Notes: generated from the letters alone by a model not told the origin. Positions 7,055-17,666 are shown, counted from the first letter of the stretch. The stretch: DNA of 43,037 bases from Ferruginibacter sp. (GCA_031416575.1 JANOTW010000056.1:1-43037); one strand, 5' to 3'. Numbers and translations are program-made.

Positions 7055-10000
7055 ATGCCAACACAAAAAAATACAACTAAAGGCCTGAAGTTCAGCCGGC
7101 AGTTTACAAAAGAGGGTGTATCCCCATATGATATGTTCGAGTACGATTATCGTACTTCAGTAATTAAGAACCCTTCCGGCGAAGTGATATTTCAAATGGA
7201 CAATGTGGAAGTGCCGAAGCGGTGGAGCCAGATAGCCACGGATATTTTGGCGCAAAAATATTTCCGTAAAGCAGGCGTGCCGCAGGCTGATGGTACGAGT
7301 GGCAGGGAAACAACCATAAGGCAGGTAGCGCATCGTATGGCACATTGCTGGAGGGTATGGGGCGAACGTTACAATTATTTCGCTACTGAAAATGACGCAC
7401 AGGTATTTTACGATGAGTTGGCATATTCTATCCTAAACCAGGCCTGTGTACCCAATAGCCCGCAATGGTTTAATACCGGCTTACATGAAGTATATGGCAT
7501 ATCCGGCAAACCCCAGGGCCACTATTATGTTGATGCGGTTGATGGACAGTTGAAAAAATCAACATCGGCTTATGAAAGGCCACAGCCGCATGCCTGTTTT
7601 ATATTGAGTGTGGATGATGACCTGGTAAATGAAGGAGGTATTATGGACCTGTGGGTTAGGGAAGCAAGGATATTCAAATACGGAAGTGGTGTAGGTACCA
7701 ACTTCAGCAGCATACGGGGCGAAGGAGAAAAATTAAGTGGTGGTGGTACTTCCAGTGGTTTGATGAGTTTTCTTAAAATTGGTGACAGGGCCGCAGGAGC
7801 TATTAAAAGTGGCGGAACTACCCGTCGTGCGGCTAAAATGGTTTGCCTTGATTTGGACCATCCCGAAATTGAAAAATTCGTTAACTGGAAAGTAGAAGAA
7901 GAAGATAAAGTGGCGGCTTTAATTGCCGCCGGTTACCCAAGCGATTATGAAGGCGAGGCTTACCGTACCGTTAGCGGACAAAACAGCAACAACTCAGTTC
8001 GCATACCGAACGGTTTTTTTAAAGTACTGGATGCGGATGGCGACTGGGAACTGAAAGGAAGAAGTGATGGAAGGGTAATGAAAAAAGTAAAGGCCGCTAA
8101 ATTGTGGAAACAAATTACCCATGCTGCATGGAAATGCGCTGACCCCGGCACACAATACGATACCACTATCAACGAATGGCATACCTGCCCCGAAGGTGGC
8201 CCCATCAGGGCATCTAACCCATGCAGCGAGTATATGTTCCTGGACAATACAGCCTGTAACCTGGCTTCTGTAAACCTTCGTCGTTTTTTTGAAGAAAGTG
8301 ACAACAGTTTTGATGTAAAAGGTTTTGAATATACCTGCCGCATGTGGACAGCGGTATTGGAAATCTCCGTATTAATGGCGCAGTTTCCATCAAAGGAAGT
8401 AGCACAGCTTTCTTACGATTACAGGACACTGGGCCTTGGATATGCTAACCTGGGCAGCATGCTCATGGTAAGTGGCATCCCTTACGATAGTGAAGCCGCA
8501 AGAGCGATAGCAGGCGCTATCACAGCGATCATGACAGGAGTAGCTTATAAAACTTCCGCTGAGATGGCTGGTTTCTTAGGCGCTTTCACCAAATATGAAG
8601 ACAATAAAACACACATGCTCCGTGTAATGCGTAACCACCGTGCGGCGGCTTACGATGCACAGGATGCTTATGAAGGAATTGAAATAAAACCAGAGGGGAT
8701 CAATTCAAAATATTGCCCCGATTATTTACTTACCGCAGCAATAAAAGCATGGGATGATGCGGTACAGTTAGGCGAAAAGAATGGTTACCGCAATGCGCAA
8801 ACCACCGTGATTGCGCCTACCGGGACCATCGGCCTGGTAATGGATTGCGATACCACTGGCGTAGAACCTGATTTTGCTTTGGTGAAATTTAAAAAGTTAA
8901 GTGGTGGTGGTTATTTTAAGATCATCAACCAAAGTGTACCGGCCGCTTTGCGCAATTTAAAGTACAGCGAAAAAGAACTGGAAGAAATAGTGAACTATGC
9001 AAAAGGCCATGCCACACTGGAAGGCGCACCTTTTATCAATACACAATCTTTACTGGCAAAGGGTTTTACCAAAAATGAAATTGCTAAGGCCGAAGCTGCC
9101 CTGGGCGTTGCTTTTGAAATTGGTTTCGTATTCAATGTTTACACATTTGGAGAAGCTGCATTACAACGGTTAGGGTTTACATCTGAACAATACCACGACT
9201 TTAGCTGGGGCCTGCTGGAAGCGCTGGGCTATACCGATGATGAGATTGATGCAGCCAATGTTTACATCTGCGGCACCATGACGGTAGAAGGCGCTCCTTA
9301 TTTGAAGAACGAACATTTACCGGTATTTGATTGCGCTAATAAATGCGGACAAAAAGGAGAACGCTTTATTCATGCGCATGGCCATATCCGTATGATGGCC
9401 GCAGCACAACCTTTCTTAAGTGGCGCTATCAGCAAAACCATTAACCTGCCAAACGAAGCAACGGTTGAAGAGATTGCGGATTGCTATCGTATGAGCTGGG
9501 AGCTTGGATTAAAAGCGAATGCCCTTTATCGTGATGGTTCCAAATTGTCTCAGCCCCTGAGCAACAAATCAGATAAAAAGAAGAAGGCCGGGGATGAAAT
9601 TGCTACCGGGGAAAATACAACTGTAGAATCAGATAATGCTTCCTCCCGTATAGTTGACATGAGCAAACTGACGGTGGATGAATTATTGGATGAAGTAAGC
9701 AAGCGCATGCAAAGCAGCCCTGATACTATATTGAAAGGACGGCTTGCGAAAATCGTAGAGCGTAAAAAGCTACCGGCCAAGCGCAGGGGCTTTACACAAA
9801 AGGCGAAGATCAACGGGCAGGCATTGTTCCTGCGTACCGGCGAATATGGTGATGGAACAGTTGGAGAAATATTCATTGATATGGCAAAAGAAGGCGCTAC
9901 TGTACGAAGCATGCTCAACTGCTTCGCCATTGCTATCTCTATTGGTTTGCAGTACGGTGTTCCTTTGGAAGAGTTTGTTGAAAAATTCGTTTTCACCCGC

Positions 10001-10435
10001 TTTGAACCATCAGGCATGGTGGAGCATCCAAATATCAAGAGCACTACTTCCATCATTGATTTCATCTTCCGCTCCATGGCTTATGAATACCTGGGCAGAA
10101 ACGATTTAGTTCATGTATTGGATAAACCGGAAGTGCAAAACCTGGGTAATCAACCCTGGGATGAATCAACCCCAACTATTGGTAACAGGGTGCATGAGTT
10201 AAGTGAAGTAAGGGTCATCGGAAATTCTTCTCCCGCAGGTAATGTACAATCTTCAAAAAGTGTAAAGAATAATTTAAGTGCGGCCGAACAGTTCAATGGA
10301 TTGGATGCGGTAAATGCGGCGGCCAAAAGCATGCAGAGTGATGCTCCGGCCTGCAATACCTGCGGACATATCACCATGCGCAGCGGCACCTGCTACAAAT
10401 GTTTGAATTGCGGAAATAGTATGGGATGCAGTTAA
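7055..10435 (+). CDS. nrdJ: Vitamin B12-dependent (class II) ribonucleotide reductase with C-terminal TSCPD-like domain and Zn ribbon
   Basis: PNSPQWFN, ACFI, SNPCSEY (radical Cys), ACNLAS, IAPTGT and C-terminal CxxC..CxxC..GCS. Start moved to MPTQK. Confidence 0.95.
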   Translation: MPTQKNTTKGLKFSRQFTKEGVSPYDMFEYDYRTSVIKNPSGEVIFQMDNVEVPKRWSQIATDILAQKYFRKAGVPQADGTSGRETTIRQVAHRMAHCWRVWGERYNYFATENDAQVFYDELAYSILNQACVPNSPQWFNTGLHEVYGISGKPQGHYYVDAVDGQLKKSTSAYERPQPHACFILSVDDDLVNEGGIMDLWVREARIFKYGSGVGTNFSSIRGEGEKLSGGGTSSGLMSFLKIGDRAAGAIKSGGTTRRAAKMVCLDLDHPEIEKFVNWKVEEEDKVAALIAAGYPSDYEGEAYRTVSGQNSNNSVRIPNGFFKVLDADGDWELKGRSDGRVMKKVKAAKLWKQITHAAWKCADPGTQYDTTINEWHTCPEGGPIRASNPCSEYMFLDNTACNLASVNLRRFFEESDNSFDVKGFEYTCRMWTAVLEISVLMAQFPSKEVAQLSYDYRTLGLGYANLGSMLMVSGIPYDSEAARAIAGAITAIMTGVAYKTSAEMAGFLGAFTKYEDNKTHMLRVMRNHRAAAYDAQDAYEGIEIKPEGINSKYCPDYLLTAAIKAWDDAVQLGEKNGYRNAQTTVIAPTGTIGLVMDCDTTGVEPDFALVKFKKLSGGGYFKIINQSVPAALRNLKYSEKELEEIVNYAKGHATLEGAPFINTQSLLAKGFTKNEIAKAEAALGVAFEIGFVFNVYTFGEAALQRLGFTSEQYHDFSWGLLEALGYTDDEIDAANVYICGTMTVEGAPYLKNEHLPVFDCANKCGQKGERFIHAHGHIRMMAAAQPFLSGAISKTINLPNEATVEEIADCYRMSWELGLKANALYRDGSKLSQPLSNKSDKKKKAGDEIATGENTTVESDNASSRIVDMSKLTVDELLDEVSKRMQSSPDTILKGRLAKIVERKKLPAKRRGFTQKAKINGQALFLRTGEYGDGTVGEIFIDMAKEGATVRSMLNCFAIAISIGLQYGVPLEEFVEKFVFTRFEPSGMVEHPNIKSTTSIIDFIFRSMAYEYLGRNDLVHVLDKPEVQNLGNQPWDESTPTIGNRVHELSEVRVIGNSSPAGNVQSSKSVKNNLSAAEQFNGLDAVNAAAKSMQSDAPACNTCGHITMRSGTCYKCLNCGNSMGCS

Positions 10436-10494
10436 GCTCATGGATTTTGGAAGTCCCCATAGTTTATTAAAATTTTATCTACACGTGCACATAA

Positions 10495-10530
10495 AAGCAA
10501 CGCCACTCATTCGGGTGGCGTTTGTATTTT
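10495..10530 (+). terminator. Rho-independent terminator after nrdJ
   Basis: AACGCCACTC-ATTC-GGGTGGCGTT followed by a T-rich tail. Confidence 0.7.
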
Positions 10531-10642
10531 GAAGAATGTTATCCTGTTAATGAATACGTTTAAGCGAATGAGTGATTATCTTTTACCACACGCAAATGAG
10601 CGTTGAATAAAATTAATCAGTGTTGTACTGCTATCCAATCAG

Positions 10643-10780
10643 TTTTTTTTATTGTACGAGCTAAGGCGTTTCATAGCATCATCGTTGTGTCATCTTAATC
10701 CCGGGCAAGGCTTGTGTGCTGCATCGGGACTCACTGGTACCGCATACCATTGGGGATCTTTTATTACGTTATAAATTAAA
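10643..10780 (+). repeat. Interspersed element A core, copy 3, with ~37 bp insert
   Basis: GCATCATCGTTGTGTC[ATCTTAATCCCGGGCAAGGCTTGTGTGCTGCATCGGG]ACTCACTGGTACCGCATACCATTGGGGATCTT. Confidence 0.85.
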
Positions 10781-10944
10781 GGAGCACACACCGTTATTGG
10801 GATAAGCCTTTGCTCTATAATATTCATCAATAATAAATGCAGCTTCCGGCAGAATTTCGTGGTATATTATTGAGTAAGCAGCTTGATCGTTTTGTGCCTT
10901 AACGGGATAAAGGCAAAATTATTTAATTATATAAATTGTCATTT

Positions 10945-11183
10945 CGTTCTGTAAGAACGGCAGGTGGGTAGTTCATGAAATATAAAAGTTTTTCTGTTCC
11001 ATAGGAACAGTATGTGCTTTAAGGATTTTGCTGAAAGTATTCGGATCAAAATTGATGAATGTTATATCTTAAATTCATTGAACAATAAAAGCCCCCACAA
11101 GACCATTTCACATATCGTTCCTATGGAACGAATTGCAATTCTTATAATTTTTTTCTACCCATTTATCGTCCCTGACGGGACGG
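10945..11183. repeat. REP-like palindrome cluster arranged as an inverted doublet (REPIN-like)
   Basis: CGTTCTGTAAGAACG..GTGGGTAG and CTGTTCCATAGGAACAGTATGTG are mirrored by CACATATCGTTCCTATGGAACG and CTACCCAT..CGTCCCTGACGGGACG. Confidence 0.75.
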
Positions 11184-11214
11184 GCACAAGACATATCTGC
11201 GTGTATTATGTTTC

Positions 11215-11326
11215 TTTAATTTAAAACGTAATTAAAGAAACACAATGGTATGCTGTAAAAGGGAGTCCCGATGCAGCACACAAGCCTTGCCCGGGATTAA
11301 GATGACACAACAATGTTGCCATGAAA
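11215..11326 (-). repeat. Interspersed element A core, copy 4 (inverted partner of copy 3, identical insert)
   Basis: GAGTCCCGATGCAGCACACAAGCCTTGCCCGGGATTAAGATGACACAAC is the exact reverse complement of the central part of copy 3. Confidence 0.85.
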
Positions 11327-11531
11327 AACAAAAAAAATATTTATTAAACCGAACATCATTTTTAGTGTGGTCGGCTGATGACCGGAGACACAACAGCGGC
11401 TTGCCGGGGATAAGAAACCGTGTTAAGGACATTCCAGCAACGGCATAAAAGCATCACCCATCAGCAAAAAAATAATGGACTAACAATTTGAAAAAATCAG
11501 AGATCAAAAAATCAGCGCAGGCATAATCCGG

Positions 11532-12569
11532 CTATCCTTCCTTCAGCTCCATTTCCTTTTGCAGCTTTTCTATTTTATCCACCCTTTGCACCAATGCATC
11601 CAAATTGCGGAAATGAATATATGCTTTCCGGTATTTGCCGGCATCAAAAGCGGGCGAACCCATCATAACTTCACCTTTTTTGGTGATGCTTTTTGAAATG
11701 CCTGATTGTGCGGTTATGATGGTATTGTCTGCAATGGTTAAATGTCCTATGATCCCAACCTGTCCGCTGAACATGCAATTTTTTCCAATCCTGGTACTAC
11801 CAGCCACTACTCCATTTGCGGCGAAATAAGTGTTTTCTCCAATTTCTACGTTATGTGCGATGTGTATAAGATTATCAAATTTTACTCCTTTACGCAGGAT
11901 GGTGGAACCCAGTGTTGCTCTGTCAATGGCACAATTGGCGCCTATTTCCACATCGTCTTCAATTACCACGTTCCCGGTCTGCGGCACTTTTTTATGATTG
12001 TTTTCGGGGGTAAACCTAAAGCCATCGCTGCCAATAACAGTTCCGGAATGTATGATACAGTTTTTACCAATAATGCTTTCAGAATAAATTTTTACACCTG
12101 CAAACAGGGTGGTATTATCGCCAATCACCGCATTGTCACCTATATAAACCTGCGGATATATTTTTACATTGTTACCGATGGTCGCATTTTCACCAACAAA
12201 CGAAAATTCGCCGGCATAAATATCGGTTCCTACGGTAGCGCTGTCAGCAATAAAAGACAATTTTGAGATACCCTTTTTATTAAGCTTTACCTCGTTGTAC
12301 ATTTCCAATAATTGTGCGAAAGCATTTTCCGCACTTTCTACCCTTATCAAGGTAGCGGTAACGGGCGCTGTTAGTACAAGATCTTTGTTGATAATGACAA
12401 CCGAGGCCTCTGTACCATATAAGTATTGTGTATAACGGGGGTTGGAAAGGAATGAAATAGAACCCGGGGCCCCTTCTTCAATTTTAGATAATTTGGTAAC
12501 GGAAACATTTGCATCACCTTCTATCTGGCCATTGAGCAGGCCGGCTATTTGCGTGGCTGTAAATTGCAT
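11532..12569 (-). CDS. lpxD: UDP-3-O-(3-hydroxyacyl)glucosamine N-acyltransferase
   Basis: LpxD N-terminal domain (ISFLSNPRY), hexapeptide repeats, [19 protein letters not shown]. Confidence 0.93.
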   Translation of the reverse strand: MQFTATQIAGLLNGQIEGDANVSVTKLSKIEEGAPGSISFLSNPRYTQYLYGTEASVVIINKDLVLTAPVTATLIRVESAENAFAQLLEMYNEVKLNKKGISKLSFIADSATVGTDIYAGEFSFVGENATIGNNVKIYPQVYIGDNAVIGDNTTLFAGVKIYSESIIGKNCIIHSGTVIGSDGFRFTPENNHKKVPQTGNVVIEDDVEIGANCAIDRATLGSTILRKGVKFDNLIHIAHNVEIGENTYFAANGVVAGSTRIGKNCMFSGQVGIIGHLTIADNTIITAQSGISKSITKKGEVMMGSPAFDAGKYRKAYIHFRNLDALVQRVDKIEKLQKEMELKEG

Positions 12570-12660
12570 TGTATCAATTTTTTGTTTAGGTGTTCGTTAA
12601 AATGATTCTGGGCAATAGATATTGGGGATATGAAATTTGAAGTAATAATCAATCCTGTTG

Positions 12661-13635
12661 TTAAAGCCCCTTTACTCCAATCATCTGGTTGCTTTCCTGG
12701 TCCCATACTTTTAATTTGAAGCAGGCATTCATTGCCCTGGGTGAAAGCGAAGTAGTTTTGCAATTTTGTAGTTCAGCAAAATGGTTCATTACTTCCGGTA
12801 AACGGTAGAATGGGATTTTTGAATTAAGGTGGTGAATATGGTGATAACCGATATTGCCGGTAAACCATGCCATTACGGGGTTCATTTTCATAAAACTGGA
12901 TGATTCCAAAGCGGCTTTTTCATATACCCAGTTTTTATTTTCATAAAACTCCACTCCTGGAAAATTGTGTTGGGCATAAAATAAATACGCTCCCATACCA
13001 AACGCAATTATAAAAGGTAAGAAGAACATAAAGAACCATGCCTGCCATCCCACAAAAATAAAAAGCAGCACGGCCACGGTGATATGTAATATCAAAGCTA
13101 TTAGTGAATCATAGTGTTTCCGCGGGTTGCTGATAAATGAACGCAGGCACATACCAACAATAAACATGGAAAAATATCCCATCGCAATGGTAATGGGGTG
13201 GCGTATGGCGAGGTAGGTAAATTTTTGAACAGGGGTCATGTCCAAATATTTCTTCCTTGTAACGATTGGATAGGATCCAATGCTTGCACTGAATAATTTA
13301 GAGTTGTTATTGTGATGATGATCATGCGATCTTTTCCAGATACTGGTGGGAGAAAGCATGTACATTCCAAAAATCGTCATGATCACTTCGGCGGTAGCAG
13401 ACTTGGTTAAAATAGTGTGATGCTGGTGATCATGATAAATGATGAACATTCGTATCAATAATAACCCTGCGATAATACTGCATGTTAATTTTAGCGCTAT
13501 AAAAGGCATCAGTAAGGTGCTGCCCAGTGCCAATATCAACAGCGTAAGTGTGGAAATAGTATGAAACCAACTTCTGGTCCTTATTTCTTTTGCGAAAGGT
13601 TTTGTAGCTAATATCAGGTTTTTACCCAGGAGCAT
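12661..13635 (-). CDS. Membrane fatty acid desaturase (Des-like)
   Basis: Three His boxes (HDHQH, HDHHH, HHIHH) and hydrophobic segments. Confidence 0.9.
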   Translation of the reverse strand: MLLGKNLILATKPFAKEIRTRSWFHTISTLTLLILALGSTLLMPFIALKLTCSIIAGLLLIRMFIIYHDHQHHTILTKSATAEVIMTIFGMYMLSPTSIWKRSHDHHHNNNSKLFSASIGSYPIVTRKKYLDMTPVQKFTYLAIRHPITIAMGYFSMFIVGMCLRSFISNPRKHYDSLIALILHITVAVLLFIFVGWQAWFFMFFLPFIIAFGMGAYLFYAQHNFPGVEFYENKNWVYEKAALESSSFMKMNPVMAWFTGNIGYHHIHHLNSKIPFYRLPEVMNHFAELQNCKTTSLSPRAMNACFKLKVWDQESNQMIGVKGL

Positions 13636-13673
13636 TATAAGATTTTTAGATGCTAAGGTACCTCATTTAAATT

Positions 13674-14546
13674 TTAAACACGTTTGTGTTTCCATCTTTT
13701 ATGAGTCCAAAGCCACGTTTCGGGCTGTGCGATGATATCTGCTTCCAGTTTCCTGGTATGTAATTCTGTTATATCACCTTCAATACCAACGTATGGGGGC
13801 GCCTGTAATACTTCCGCCAACAGGGTATAATAACCTCTTGTTAAAATTTTTACAGATACAAATACAATCGGGTATTTAATCTTTTGCGCTATTTTTTCGG
13901 TACCCATAAACACGGGGGTATCCTGGTTTAGGAAACTCATCCAATGCGCTTTTGCAGGGTTGGGAGATTGGTCTGCGATAAAAGCCGTAGCATTCAATTC
14001 ATCCTTATTTTTGATCATATCCCTGAAAGTATCCTTCATCGGTATGAGCTTTGTTCCAAACCTTTCCCTCATTTTACAGATCAGCCCGTTAAAGTATTTG
14101 TTGCCGAGGGGATGATAGATCACATACAACTGGTGTTTGCAGCAAAGGCTGAAAGTGTTACCGGCCCACTCCCAATTGCCATGATGCCCCATTACTACGA
14201 TTAAACTCTCGTTCTCCCCAGCTAACTGCTTAAACAACATTTCAGCAGCAGGGGCCAGGCTACAATGCTTCAGCATTTGTTTTCGGCTAATCGTTAGTGT
14301 TTTAAGCGTTTCCAGGAAAAGATCACAGAAATAACGGTAAAATTTTTTTTGAAGTACGATTATTTCAGCCGCTGTTTTTTCCGGGAAGGCATTTTTTAAA
14401 TTGGCAAATACCACTTTTTTCCGATAGCCAATTGCATAATACAATAGCAGGTAAACTGCATCGGATAACAAATAAAGCAATGGAAAAGGCAATAATGATA
14501 AAAGATAAATAAAGGGAAGCGATAAATAATAGATGATTGCTGACAA
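13674..14546 (-). CDS. Lipid A biosynthesis / lysophospholipid acyltransferase (LpxL/HtrB family)
   Basis: YRKKVV..NL.NAFPEK, GHHGNWE, ADQ.P, and C-terminal PE.WLWTHKRWK. Confidence 0.88.
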   Translation of the reverse strand: MSAIIYYLSLPFIYLLSLLPFPLLYLLSDAVYLLLYYAIGYRKKVVFANLKNAFPEKTAAEIIVLQKKFYRYFCDLFLETLKTLTISRKQMLKHCSLAPAAEMLFKQLAGENESLIVVMGHHGNWEWAGNTFSLCCKHQLYVIYHPLGNKYFNGLICKMRERFGTKLIPMKDTFRDMIKNKDELNATAFIADQSPNPAKAHWMSFLNQDTPVFMGTEKIAQKIKYPIVFVSVKILTRGYYTLLAEVLQAPPYVGIEGDITELHTRKLEADIIAQPETWLWTHKRWKHKRV

Positions 14547-14690
14547 GTAGTGGATTGTTAAGTATTTTAAACAAAAATAAAATATTATAGTTATTTAATT
14601 TTTGTAAATCAATAATATTTTATTTAATGCCATCAGGTAAGAGAAAGGTTCATGCATCAGGATGCCGGATAAATTATAGCCACCAATAAG

Positions 14691-14749
14691 CATCCCAATA
14701 TCCAATATCCGGAATCCAATATCCAATATATCCAGATTCCAATATCCAG
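14691..14749. repeat. Degenerate heptamer tandem repeat (AATATCC)
   Basis: CCAATATCCAATATCCGGAATCCAATATCCAATATATCCAGATTCCAATATCCAG. Confidence 0.75.
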
Positions 14750-14761
14750 TATATTTGCATC

Positions 14762-15241
14762 ATGACCTCCCAATTTTTTACCTACAATAAAGGCAAAGTA
14801 ATTCAGGCGCTGCGCTATCATTTTATTAGCAGGCGGGAAATTAAAGTAATGATGATATTGGTAAATGTATTTGCCATTGTTTCTGCATTATTGTTCTTTC
14901 TTAAAAAAATATCTCCTGTAGCTTTTTTGGTTAGTTCTGTTTTATGGTTTGGTTTGATGATTGCTTTTTGGTACGTGTTGCCAATAATCATCTATAAAAA
15001 ATCAGCAACCTTTCAAGACAAGTTTAAGGCTACTTTTGGCAGGGAAGAATTTACGATAGAAAATGAAAGAGGAAGCCGAAGCTGGCCATGGAAAGAATTT
15101 AGCACTACCATGGAGAGCCCGCATTTTTTTCACCTGTATTTCAATACCCGTTCATTCTTTATTGTTCCAAAAGATGCCTTTCCGGACGATGAAGTGAATG
15201 CTGCAAGAAAAGTATTGGCAACAAAGATTGGAAAGTATTGA
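14762..15241 (+). CDS. YcxB family membrane protein
   Basis: Two TM helices followed by a W..F....E....F.LY......FIVPK.AF domain. Confidence 0.75.
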   Translation: MTSQFFTYNKGKVIQALRYHFISRREIKVMMILVNVFAIVSALLFFLKKISPVAFLVSSVLWFGLMIAFWYVLPIIIYKKSATFQDKFKATFGREEFTIENERGSRSWPWKEFSTTMESPHFFHLYFNTRSFFIVPKDAFPDDEVNAARKVLATKIGKY

Positions 15242-15314
15242 TTGGTTTAATTAGGTAAGGCATCTAAAGCTTTTCTATGATATTGCACCCTTATGAAAGC
15301 ATGCTTTAAAAGTT

Positions 15315-15746
15315 TCAATGTAACTTTTTCTCCATAATATGATGCGGTATATTTATTTCCATAAACTGGTCTCCTTTTACTTTAAAACCGTATTTTTCAT
15401 AAAAACCAATTGCCGAGTCCCGGGAGTGCATGGTTAAAGTTTTGTAGCCTTTATCCCGGGCAAGGTTTTCCGCGAATGTTATAATGGATTCCCCAATTCC
15501 TTTCCCCTGCATGTTCTTTTGTACAGCCATCTGGCGGAGTCTTACACAGCCTTTGTTCATGTCGGTAAGAATACAACAACCCAACATTTCATCCTCGTCG
15601 AATGCACCAATCAATATATCATTCTTTTCTTTAGACAATTCTTCCGGTGAAAAGGATAATCCCAATGGCTTACGCATAATTTCATAGCGAAGATTTACCA
15701 TCTGCTGGTATTCTTTACTTTCGTAGTCTAATTGTTTTAACCCCAT
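15315..15746 (-). CDS. GNAT family N-acetyltransferase
   Basis: LRQMAV...QGKGIG acetyl-CoA motif and A.GFYEKYGF. Confidence 0.9.
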   Translation of the reverse strand: MGLKQLDYESKEYQQMVNLRYEIMRKPLGLSFSPEELSKEKNDILIGAFDEDEMLGCCILTDMNKGCVRLRQMAVQKNMQGKGIGESIITFAENLARDKGYKTLTMHSRDSAIGFYEKYGFKVKGDQFMEINIPHHIMEKKLH

Positions 15747-15847
15747 GCTGCAATATAATAAAATCTTTCTTTTAAACGTAAACGATTGCAGCAGGACAGA
15801 AAATTAAAAAGGGGCCATAACAGCTCCTGATTAATTCTTACCCCTAA

Positions 15848-17659
15848 GAAGCTGTTTAAATTTTTAATTAGAGTTTGCTTAAAAACTCTATAACAATTGA
15901 TATATTTAGGATTGCAACCAAAAAATCCATTTCACATGCAAGGAAAAATTGAAAAGGTACTTAAAAAGCCTGCATCCACTCCCCGTTATGTCAGCCCCAA
16001 CCAACTCACCCTTGCCGGATTCGAGACACCGTTCGATCAAAAGCTGTCTCAAGGCAACCGGTGGGTGAAGATGGCGCATGCTATACCGTGGGACAGTATC
16101 GTCTGCCACTACGACAAATTATTCACGTCACGGGAGGGTCGCCCTCCAATAAGCGGCAGGGTTGTACTTGGGGCCATTGTCATCAAGCACTACCTTAACC
16201 TTTCAGACAGGGAAACGATAGCTCAGGTACAGGAGAACATGTTCATGCAATATTTGCTGGGTTACAGCAGCTTCACCAATGAAGAGCCTTTTTCTCCAAC
16301 ATTGTTTGTGGAGATCAGGGAACGGCTGAGCCTGGAGCTATTGTCAAAAATAAACGATGTGATAGCTGTACTTTGCATAGAACGGGAGGAAGTTGCAAAC
16401 CAAAAGAAAAACGCTTCTCCCTCGGACAAGGGTAAGCAACACATTGTTGATCCGCCTGTGATGAGCAACCAGGCCGGTGCGGATGTTGTGCCAAAAGGAA
16501 CTCCCGCAGCGGAGCCTCAGACACAGCAGGCACCACCAACAGAACAAATTTTACAGGCATCTGATATTTTGCATGCAGAAGGGATACAGCAAACAGATGA
16601 TTGTGCAGGAAGTACTAAGGCCTCACTAAAAAAGGAAAACAAGGGTAGGCTGCTAATGGATGCGACCGTAGCGCCTCAGGACATTACGTTCCCCACCGAT
16701 CTCAAGCTACTCAATGCCGCCAGGGAAAAGAGTGAAGAACTCATAGACATTTTATACAGCCCATCACTTCATGGAGATACAAAAGTGAGGACATACAGGG
16801 AACTTGCAAGAAAAGCGTTTTTAAACGCCGCCAGGAAAAAGAAAAAAACAAGCAGGGAGATATACAAGGCGAACGGAAGGCAGATACGTTACCTGAGGAG
16901 GAACCTGGGACACATAGACACTCTTTTGTTTGCCTACAAAAAATTTCCGCTAACGCCGCGACAGCAAAAATACCTGATGGTGCTTCATACTATATATGAC
17001 CAGCAGGAAGAGATGCACCGCACCCACACCAGGCGAATAGATTACCGGATTGTTAATATCCACCAGCCCCATGTACGCCCCATCGTAAGAGGCAAAGAAA
17101 GTGCGAAAGTAGAGTTTGGCAGTAAGCTGCAGGTTAGCGTAGTAGCAGGATACACCTTCATTGACCATTTTTCCTGGGAGGCCTTCAACGAAGGCGGGTA
17201 CCTGCTGGCATCCGTGGAGAAGTACAAAAGCAGGTTTGGCTTTTATCCGGCAGAAGTGCTGGCCGACCAGATATACTGTACAAGGGATAACCGCAAAAAG
17301 TTAAAGCTATTGGATATCAAACTCATTGCGAAGCCGCTCGGGCGTCCGTCCGCAAAGGCAGTGAAAGTTCACTTAAGTCCTGGCGAGCGCAATCCGATAG
17401 AAGGAAAGTTTGGGCAGGCCAAGAGGAAGTATGGACTTCAGAACGTAAAAGCCCGGCTTTCCTCTACAAGTCAGTCGTGGATTGCTGCGATAGCCTTGGT
17501 GCTAAACCTTGTCAGAATGACGAGGGAGGCACTTATTGCCCTAACCCAAGCAATAAGGGGGGTATGGGAAGGTCGTTCAACCAGTTTCTGGCCAGTTTTA
17601 ATTTATACCAGGCCACGAAATTGAAAAATTTTGCAGGGGCCGAGTTGTTGAGCAGGCTC
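15848..17659 (+). mobile_element. IS5-like insertion sequence
   Basis: Transposase bounded by imperfect IRs GAAGCTGTTTAA / TTGAGCAGGCTC, with TA-containing flanks; GC-richer than surroundings. Exact ends uncertain by 1-2 nt. Confidence 0.75.
15936..17624 (+). CDS. IS5 family DDE transposase
   Basis: GRPP N-terminal (DUF772-like) domain, LLMDAT, RGKE..KVEFGSK, LADQIY, and ERNPIEGKFGQAKR.YGL. Confidence 0.9.
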   Translation: MQGKIEKVLKKPASTPRYVSPNQLTLAGFETPFDQKLSQGNRWVKMAHAIPWDSIVCHYDKLFTSREGRPPISGRVVLGAIVIKHYLNLSDRETIAQVQENMFMQYLLGYSSFTNEEPFSPTLFVEIRERLSLELLSKINDVIAVLCIEREEVANQKKNASPSDKGKQHIVDPPVMSNQAGADVVPKGTPAAEPQTQQAPPTEQILQASDILHAEGIQQTDDCAGSTKASLKKENKGRLLMDATVAPQDITFPTDLKLLNAAREKSEELIDILYSPSLHGDTKVRTYRELARKAFLNAARKKKKTSREIYKANGRQIRYLRRNLGHIDTLLFAYKKFPLTPRQQKYLMVLHTIYDQQEEMHRTHTRRIDYRIVNIHQPHVRPIVRGKESAKVEFGSKLQVSVVAGYTFIDHFSWEAFNEGGYLLASVEKYKSRFGFYPAEVLADQIYCTRDNRKKLKLLDIKLIAKPLGRPSAKAVKVHLSPGERNPIEGKFGQAKRKYGLQNVKARLSSTSQSWIAAIALVLNLVRMTREALIALTQAIRGVWEGRSTSFWPVLIYTRPRN

Positions 17660-17666
17660 TATTTAT

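Noticed and set aside
7157-10389. Antisense and alternate-frame ORFs within nrdJ (and similarly within fabF, gldL, gldM and others)
   Set aside because: Shadows of well-supported genes with no independent motifs.
7055-10435. Intein or intron in nrdJ
   Set aside because: No splice-junction or homing endonuclease motifs; the length is explained by the C-terminal domains.
11012-11448. Short ORFs of 66-70 aa
   Set aside because: They overlap REP-like palindromes and element A copy 4.
15848-17659. IS5-like transposase as the mobiliser of elements A or B
   Set aside because: Its terminal repeats do not resemble TATACT... or CGGAACTCC... ends.
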